Below, piece by piece: positions 54,437 to 64,000 of a stretch of 64,000 nucleotides of DNA. A program made the translations under genes and the position numbers. Source of the DNA: the human T2T-CHM13v2.0 reference genome, Homo sapiens. The first letter of the stretch is position 1. Every line of letters starts with the position of its first letter. The stretch lies in the NCBI RefSeq assembly GCF_009914755.1, contig NC_060945.1. The stretch is one strand, 5' to 3'. The notes beneath the pieces are model-generated. The model ran no database searches, was not told where the DNA came from, and saw only the letters and a list, made by a program, of their open reading frames with translations.

Positions 54437-55481
54437 TCTACTTTCCAGACGAATTTAAAATCTTTGGTCCAAATAACAGCAGAATAAATAAATCCTATGC
54501 TGTTAGCTACTATTGTTTTGGTTAAATGGCAGGCATTTAGAGTTGAAAAAATAGTTAGCTTACTAGAGGGCAGGAAGAGACAAACTAGCCTTGACAATTC
54601 TGTAAAAATGTTGTCAAACGGAGCAAGTGGCTGGTATTCAGAGGTGACTGAGTATACTTTTCACTGTGGTTGCATTCTCATTGATGACAAACCGAACATC
54701 AAAAATAAGGGTTGGATGGGCTTTGATATCACGTTAATTAAACATTAGGATGACATGATTCAAATCAGTTATTTAAATCTATATTAGAATAACTTAGTGA
54801 TCCAGAGTACTTTTTATAAAACTAAACCAAATGTAATGTAGTTCATATATAATATGCTTTTTGTACTAGCATGAATAGGTAGATGTACTTATATATGTGT
54901 GTCTATGTGTGTGTGAATACACACATATGGACATTAAAGGCAAATGTTCATCATTAAGTTGTTGAAAGAGGACATAAAAGAATATTATGTATGTTGCATG
55001 TATGTAACATACATAACATAATACAGGCTGAGCCTGTCAGAACATTTTAGTAAATAAGGCAACACGTATCTGATGGTGGTACCATAAAATTACAATGGAG
55101 CTGAAAAATTCCTATCACCTAGTGACAGTGTAACCATCATGCTGTCCTCAAATAATGCATTACTCACGTTTGTGGTGATGCTGATGTAAAAAAAACCTAG
55201 GATACTTCCAGTCGTATAAACTTGTAGCAATACAATTATGTACAATACATAATGATAATAAATGACTATGTTGCTGATTTATATATTTAAATATTTACTA
55301 TATTTTCTATCTTTGTATTACAGTATACTCCTTCTACTTATTAAAAAAAGTTGACCATAAAATAACTCAGGCATGTCCTTGAGGAGGTGCTTCAGAAGAA
55401 AGTATTATTATCAGAGGATGACATTTCCATGCCTGTTATTGCCCCTGAAGATCTTGCAGTGGGACAAGATGTGAAAGTGGA

Positions 55482-55822
<341 letters not shown>

Positions 55823-56253
55823 GAAAGTGGAATACAGTGATATTGATTATCCTCACCGTGTACAGGCCTAGGCTGATGTATGTGTTTGTGTCTTAGTTTT
55901 TAACTGAAAATTCTAAAAAGTAAAGAAAAACAGAAAAAAATGTAGAATAAAGATATAAATAAAATATTTTTTGTGCAGCTGTGCAATGTGTTTAATTTTT
56001 AAGCTAAGTATTATTACAAAAATCAAAAAGCTAAATAAATTAAAACTTTTATAAAGTAAAAAGTTACAGTAAGCTAAGGTTAATGTCTTATTGAAGAAAG
56101 AAAATTTTTTATAATTTAGTGTAGCCTAAATGTACTGTATTTATAAAGTTTATAGTAGTATATAGTAATGTCTAAGGCCTTCCCATTCACTCACCACTCA
56201 CTCACTGATTCACCCAAAGTAACTTCCAGTCCTGCAAGCTTCATTCATGGTAA

Positions 56254-56647
<394 letters not shown>

Positions 56648-56660
56648 TTACTGTATCATA

Positions 56661-56683
56661 GATAGATAGATAGATAGATAGAT

Positions 56684-56719
<36 letters not shown>
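56661..56719. repeat. Tetranucleotide STR (GATA)5 GAT (GATA)9
   Basis: Counted directly. Confidence 0.95.
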
Positions 56720-56720
<1 letters not shown>

Positions 56721-57192
56721 GAATATAGTTGCCTACAATATTCAGCACAGTAACATGCTATATAGGTCTGTAGCTTGGGAGCAATAGGCTGTAATATCAT
56801 ATTGTCTAGGTGTGTAGAAGGCTATACCTTCTAAGCTTGTGTAAGTATACTCTGTGATGTTCACAAAATTGCAAAATCCCCTAAGGATGGATTTCTCAAG
56901 ACATATCATCATCATTAAGCAATGCCTAACTGTGCTTTACTTTTTGTTTCCCACTTGTAACATTGTTTTTCTTTTTGTAAGATATAAACTATTATGATTC
57001 TTTGTGGATGAATGCACATTAATCATCACCAATATAAAAAATACCATCAAGATCAAAGTTAGAAGTGGCACTATATGTAAAAATTGTGTGTCTCTAATTT
57101 TATAAAAAGTTTAAAATGATCACTAGGTGATTCCAGACACATAAGGCCTCAATGGCAGAAACCATATGAAAATTACAAAGTTAATATTTAAA

Positions 57193-57515
57193 GACCCGGC
57201 ATGGTGGCTCATGCCTGTAATCCCAGCACTTTGGGAGGTCAAAGTGGGAGGATTGTTTGAACCCAGGAATTCAGGACGAGCCTGGGTAACATGACAGAAA
57301 ACCATCTTTACAAAAAATACAAACATTACCCTGGCTTGGTGGCATGCACCTGTAGTCCCAGATACTTGGGAGGCTGAGATGGGACGACCCCTTGAGCCCA
57401 AGAGATTGAGGTGGCAGTGAGTCAAGAGTCATGAGGTGGCAGTGAGTCATGTAGGGCACTGCCCTACAGCCTGGGTGAAGGAGTGAGACCCTTTCTCGAA
57501 ACAACAATAACAAAA
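57193..57515 (+). mobile_element. AluJ with internal duplication and palindrome
   Basis: gggaggattgtttgaacccagg J-type positions; A-rich tail. Confidence 0.92.
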
Positions 57516-57993
57516 CACACCAGTAATAATTTTACTAATATATTTGATTTGTAAGGCAAATAAATATAAACTTTAGGAGTCCCACCATTAAGCGGACAGT
57601 ATTGTAATGAAATCTCAGCATTTGGCTCAGATGGAACTCCTTTATATCTACCAGGAACATCACGGCAGCATTTGCACAATGGGCTATAGAACGATGGAGT
57701 GGCATAATTGCTGCCTCACTGAAGCGTGAATGCAGCCTAATTAACAGGATTGAAACTGCTACACTCAAAATCTCATTGCATTTATCTTCTTTTGCTTACT
57801 TTCTATAGGTAGGGTGGTCACCGAAGTGTTGCTTCTCATTGACATGCTGCAGTGTTTTTAGTCCACCTGCTTCATCTTGACCTCTGTCTTAGGATGCCAT
57901 GTAAGCAACTCTCTTTTTGCTCGAGTATTCTAATTAAATCTTATTGTCTAATTGAGATAGTGGTATACAGAGCAATTGAAAATGTTCTATCCC

Positions 57994-58273
57994 AAGAGAA
58001 AACCAAACACCACATGTTCTCACTCATAAGTGGGAGTTGAACAATGAGAACACATGGACACAGGGAGCTGAACATGACACACCAGGGCCTGTCGGGCAGT
58101 GGGGGGCTAGGGGAGGGAGAGCATTAGGAGAAATACCTAATGTAGATGACGGGTTGATGGGTAAAGCAAACCACCATGGCACGTGTATACCTATGTAACA
58201 AACCTGCACATTCTGCACGTGTATCCCAGAACTTAAAGTATAATAAAAAAAAAAGAACAAAAAAAAAAAAGAA
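57994..58273 (+). mobile_element. L1PA6/7-like 3' end
   Basis: cctaatgtagatgacgggttgatggg; poly-A; diverged TSD aaaatgttc(ta t/caa)ccc. Confidence 0.94.
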
Positions 58274-58940
58274 AAAATGTTCCAACCCTTCTGCTCTAAA
58301 GGGTAGATAGAAGCAATTATGAAAATCCATCTGCCAATTGCCTTTAAGATAGTGTTTCCTGCCAATACACTTTCATTCACTTCAATAAATCCCTGGCTGA
58401 ATTCTTTGATACCATTTTTTAATAGAAAAAATAAAATTATAACAAGAAAAAATAAATGGAGATGAAGATAAATTAAACTTTCCTTCCTTGATGGTGATCA
58501 TTCTTTAAAAAAAAAAAATCAGTTAATTTGTTTTCTTCAGGTTACCAGTCCAATTTTGCTTATTTCTTTCACTCTCTTCGTAAAGGACCAAGCCACTGCT
58601 TTGTTGTATGAAAATAATATTTTAAGACATTATAACAAGATTATTTGTTTGGCTTTGTGAAGGGGCATGTAATGGAACACCAGAAATCCTAAACTGTAAT
58701 TTAGGATGTCATTAAAAGCTTGACTAGGGCAGGATATTTATATTTCTAGGCCTTCTTATTTTTTGAAAATTATGAGAAGGCATGAATAAATGACTTTTAG
58801 AAACTCATTAACTTTAATATTTCTGTGGTTTCATTTATATTTGCTCCTTGGCCAGCTGCAATAATACAAGTAGGTCCATGCTGAAATCAAAACATATTTC
58901 TTTAGATCTGTAATTAAAGTTATGATAAAGATCCTCTGAC

Positions 58941-58971
58941 ATATATATATATATATATATTTTTTTTTTTT
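58941..58971. repeat. (AT)10 followed by a T-run
   Basis: Direct observation. Confidence 0.9.
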
Positions 58972-59789
58972 CTGTGTCACCAATTTGTATTCATATCTGT
59001 CCTTGAGACTTAATGAGCTTCACAGTGCTGGCATTCCAGATGTTGCCTGTGGTAAAATGTGACAATTACAAAAAAGGCCTTCTTGCTCCACAGTATTACC
59101 TTTAAATCCCACGACAAGTGAAATTAAACCCTTATATACTTTTTTTCCTGTTTGCAAAGGTTTGGGGATAATATGTTTTATACATGACAAAAATATAAAT
59201 ATTTTATATGTCCGTTAATCTTTGGGTAAGGGTAGATACAATTTATTTCTATCACCCTGTTTTGACTTTTGAAACCAAACAAGTTAATTTTAACACCTCT
59301 TCAGCATTTACACCAATGATCCCTCTTGTCTCTCAGCTGCCTCACTGCTTCAATACTGTCACACTGTGGCTGCTTACTTAATGTATAGGAAAGACATACA
59401 GATATTTAAGCAATTTAGAACTGTTTGATTGAATTAAAAAAAATGACACTGTGGCAAACCTAAGCTGATTTGAAACTTCATTCTCAGGTGTGAAGATGAA
59501 CAATTTAAAATTGCTGAACTTTTTATTTGGTCATTTACCAAACTGGTAATAATGCCTGCTTCAAAATGTTGCTATAATTAAGCAACATATTATTTGAGGT
59601 ATATGCAATAAAAATAAATAAAATTCACTTAAATTTTATAAAATATTTTGTTTTATAAATTATAAATGCCAGTAATAGTTCAGTGTGCTATACTTCCTGA
59701 ATGTATCTATTTATTATTAGTTATTAACACAGTGATCTAATAGAACGAAGCAGCAGCAACCACTGTCTTCAGTCCAAAGTCTCGATTAA

Positions 59790-60300
59790 GTATTTCCTGA
59801 TTCTCTAAATTCCCACTGCCATTGACTAGTATCTGGTTGTCCTTATCTCATGCTATGACTATTTTAATAGATAATCATCCCTATCCATTCTTCTCTATTT
59901 GTTTTTCACTCTTCTACTTTTAACTGAAAAATTAAATTACTGGAGATCATGGACTTGCTAATCACTGAAGGACAAAGGGAGTTCCTGAAATGTCTCTGAG
60001 AACTCATTCTAATTCCATTTTCTGTTACTGCCATGGTTCATGCTTTAGATGATCTATTTGTACTGAATTTCCAGTTTCTCAAACACAAGATTCTGTTACA
60101 AGTATCTGGGTTTAAATTTCATGTTCTTTTTTGTCATCCTAATAAAATACAACCCACTCTTACAGTCCCTACAGACCCGGATTAAACATGGTTTTCCAAC
60201 TTTCTCAGTATGGATTTGTCACACCAATCTTTTTGCATTCATGACATTTGTGATAATACAGTGTAATTACTTGTCATTGTGTCTGATTTCCCCACCAGGA
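59790..60300 (+). mobile_element. L2 fragments
   Basis: ccactgcca...tctcatgctatgactatt; cagtttctcaaacac; gtgtctgatttcccc motifs. Confidence 0.5.
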
Positions 60301-60739
60301 GCTAATAATACCATAATTTCAGTACAGAGAAAGTGGTCAAGAAGAGAGGAAGGAGGGGAAGAAGGCACAGAGGGAGAGAGAAAGTGAGTGAGACACAGAG
60401 AAAGAAAGAGAAAACACTAAGGTGCTTATTGAAAGTAAATTACATTATTACATTGTAAGCAATAATTTATAAGCTTAAATGATACTAATTAGAATAATAT
60501 TTCACATTACAGCTAACATTTGCTAACTGAACCCAGTCATACACATAAACTAAACTTTCTACTTTGCATATTATGACAACATATCTCTCATTAATTTGAT
60601 ACTCTGTAATGTTATATTCCTAATTAGTCATATAGAATATATACTTTACCTCGTTACGTCCCAGCTCATGTTTAAAAAATAGCCTCATGTTATCATTTCA
60701 TTGGGAAGAGAGATATTTGAAATCATAAGTAGTTGGAAT

Positions 60740-60804
60740 TATTCTATTATTCTATTCTATTCCATTTACTCCATTTCCATTCCACTCCAATCCATTCTAT
60801 TCTA
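60740..60804. repeat. Degenerate (ATTCT/ATTCC)n pentanucleotide tract
   Basis: attctattattctattctattccatt...ccattctattctat. Confidence 0.8.
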
Positions 60805-61528
60805 TGTGCCTTTAGTTTAGATTTCAAGGGCTTATGAGAAGGTCAGAAAAGTATGTACCAGAGGGTGGTATATTTGAGTTGAAAGAAATCCTAAAGGAGT
60901 GGGAGGTAGGTATTGAAAATAAGCTTCGTGGATTTGTCCTGGTCTGACCAAAGAATATCAAATAGAGATAGTCAAGTAATTTCAGGGTGCTAAGACTTTT
61001 CTACAGTCTTTGTGTAGAAAAATGCAAATACATGTCTGTTGATCAGAAAAAGAAGATGTGAATAAATCAAAGTCATGTCACTTTAATAGGAAAAATTTTA
61101 ACATCTTCAGCTCTACATGCAGAAAAAAACATCATTATTAGTAAGACTCAGAGAGAAAATGGAAGAAAGGAAGGTTGAGAATATATGTGTGGATAATTTT
61201 ATTTTAATTAAAAGTCATACACAGGTCCCTTTTATGTACAGGATATATTACCGTTTTCTTGTCTGTGACATTTGTGTTAAATGACATGGGTGAGTGGTAA
61301 CAACTATGGAGGGTGTTTAAGTCTCTGAATAAAGTTGACATTAAATTCCACTGGCTACTAGATATGACTGCAAAGTAAGAAGACAGCATTTCATGTCTAG
61401 TTTGTGAAATTCATATCATTGTATTTCAGTATTAAAGTTTATATAATGACACACATCTGTGTTTTATCTTTCACACTTCCACTGTTGTTATATTTTATTC
61501 CCTCTTAAAATAACAACACTGTTACTAA

Positions 61529-61825
<297 letters not shown>

Positions 61826-61902
61826 GTCCGTAGAACACTTACAAAATCAACATGGATATGCATTGGGTCAAAAAGTCAATGATTTCCTTTTTTAAAAAAG
61901 AG

Positions 61903-62610
61903 CCATCTCACACCAGTTAGAATGGCAATCATTAAAAAGTCAGGAAACAACAGGTGCTGGAGAGGATGTGGAGAAATAGGAACACTTTTACACTGCTGGT
62001 GGGACTGTAAACTAGTTCAACTATTGTGGAAGTCAGTGTGGTGATTCCTCAGGGATCTAGAACTAGAAATACCATTTGACCCAGCCATCCCATTACTGGG
62101 TATATATCCAAAGGACTGTAAATCATGCTGCTATAAAGACACATGCACACGTATGTTTATTGGGGCACTATTCACAATAGCAAAGACTTGGAACCAACCC
62201 AAATGCCCAACAATGATAGACTGGATTAAGAAAATGTGGCACATATACACCATAGAATACTATGCAGCCATAAAAATGATGAGTTCATGTCCTTTGTAGG
62301 GACATGGATGAAATTGGAAATCATCATTCTCAGTAAACTATCACAAGGACAAAAAACCAAACACCGCAAGTTCTCACTCATAGATGGGAATTGAACAATG
62401 AGAACACGTGGACACAGGAAGGGGAACATCACACTCTGGGGACTGTTGTGGGGTCAGGGGAAGGGGGAGGGATAGCATTAGGAGATATACCTAATGCTAA
62501 ATGTCGAGTTAATGGGTGCAGCACACCAGCATGGCACATGTATACATATGTAATTAACCTGCACATTGTGCACATGTACCCTAAAACTTAAAGTATAATA
62601 ATAAAAAAAA
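61903..62610 (+). mobile_element. 5'-truncated L1PA (PA3-like), youngest L1 in the window
   Basis: cctaatgctaaatg...gcacaccagcatgg; ORF2 end, 3'UTR and poly-A. Confidence 0.96.
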
Positions 62611-62899
62611 GGGTGCTTAAAGGATATAGTGTCTCATTGAGTAATCAAATTAGGAATAAGCAATATTTATGTGTTCAAAAACCCAAAGATGATTGGAAAA
62701 AAGCAATACTTAAAAAAAACCCTTGAATCATATATTTGATTACTAAATTGGCTATTACTGTCTACAAAATTAAAGAAAGAGAACACTTTACACTAACCTT
62801 TATAGGGGACTACAAAAGTTGTATTTCCATGAAAATTTAATATTCATGATAGACATACGTTATAGCATTTCTAAGTCATAAAAGGCTATTGAAGGGATG

Positions 62900-63720
62900 T
62901 CTTTAAAAAGAATTTTTTAGAAGGATAGCAATAAAAAAAAGAAAGAGGATATTTATCATAACATTAGAAATGAAAAGACAAAAAATAAAAAAAAATTATA
63001 AAGTAAAAATATATCCAAAACCCATGCCTTAAAAAGACTATGCAGGGGATTTTTCTCGTTAAGTAAAATGAAGAATAAAAATAGATAAATGGGAAATATC
63101 AAAGGAACCGTAAGTAGAACATATTATTAGAATAATAAAATATAATACATTAAATTATGGCTGAAATATATAAATACCTTGAGGAAAACACTTACAAATA
63201 GCTCATTTAAAATGATCAACATTCCACCTTAATAAAAGTAAAACCTGAATGAACTAATTACCATAGATGTGATTAGAAATATGTTTAGAGAGGTATCACC
63301 GAAAATGAACGCCACAGGTTAGATTTATCTAATATTAATAGAACATATAAGCAAGGATATTTAGCTGTATTAAAAATATGTTCATGTTTTTAATACTTCT
63401 AGGCATTAAAAACATTAAAACATTTTAATACAGTTTTATCATTCTATAACAAGTTTAATACAAAAACTAAATAAAAATTTTCAAAAAGAAAATATAGATC
63501 AATTGTGTATATATATAAATAAAAATTTTAGTAAAGTCTACAGAAACTTCAAAAGAATAACACTTTATGAGCAAGTTTGGCTGCTCAGTTGTAAAAAAAT
63601 TCTCAATAAATTTAATTCCATTAATAAATTAATACGCAAATATATCTCATTAAATATCAATGTTCCCTGTATTAACCTACACAGTTCATATAATTTCAGT
63701 TAGAATGTGAAAAAGAAAAC
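62900..63720 (+). mobile_element. Highly decayed L1M ORF2 remnant
   Basis: cattagaaatgaaaag, aaacctgaat, tatagatcaatt motifs in very A-rich DNA. Confidence 0.45.
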
Positions 63721-64000
63721 TTATAAAAATTGTCAAAACTTTTATTTTTAATTTTTAGATCTAGAAAACATGAAAATGCAAAGAAAATGAAGGGAAGATT
63801 GATCCCTGACACCAGGAAGTAGAAAAAGATGATGTTAATAACATTAGTATAGTATTAGAAACATAAATGAAAATATTAAAAAACTTAAGTAATCTAAAAG
63901 TAGAGTTAAGTTTATATCAGCTGAGAATATGTATAATTGGTAATTCCACTTAATTTTAAAAGGATGAATTATTTAATTAACTGAATATTTACCCTGATAT

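Noticed and set aside
60740-60804. HSATII/III satellite or SCA10-type expandable repeat
   Set aside because: Only ~13 degenerate pentamers with many interruptions.

Overview
AT-rich primate (human-like) genomic DNA, either intergenic or deep intronic. I find no credible protein-coding exon, RNA gene, CpG island or CRISPR-type array. Nearly all ORFs in the track are Alu/L1/LTR by-products or chance ORFs in AT-rich DNA. Roughly half the window is recognisable transposable elements: about 17 Alu/FLAM copies, five 5'-truncated L1PA3-PA7 insertions, older L1M/L2/MIR, ERV1 LTRs (two MER61, MER50, MER57-, MER4-, MER34- and LTR24-like), a full-length THE1 provirus, MST/MLT LTRs and DNA transposons (MADE1, MER20, MER58, MER44, MER2, Tigger3b, Tigger13a). 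Family names come from recalled consensus sequences and need RepeatMasker/Dfam confirmation. The most notable observations are: (i) a 130-bp permuted double inverted repeat at 37504-37633 that can fold into two mutually exclusive long hairpins; (ii) a collapsed L1MA whose middle is replaced by a broken Alu plus an LTR-less HERV-L RNase H fragment, with a fold-back scar at the junction; (iii) further template-switch scars inside two Alus that coincide with AP-1 motifs; (iv) near-perfect p53 elements in both MER61 LTRs and DUX4 motifs in both THE1 LTRs. I did not find evidence for a new multi-gene biological system.
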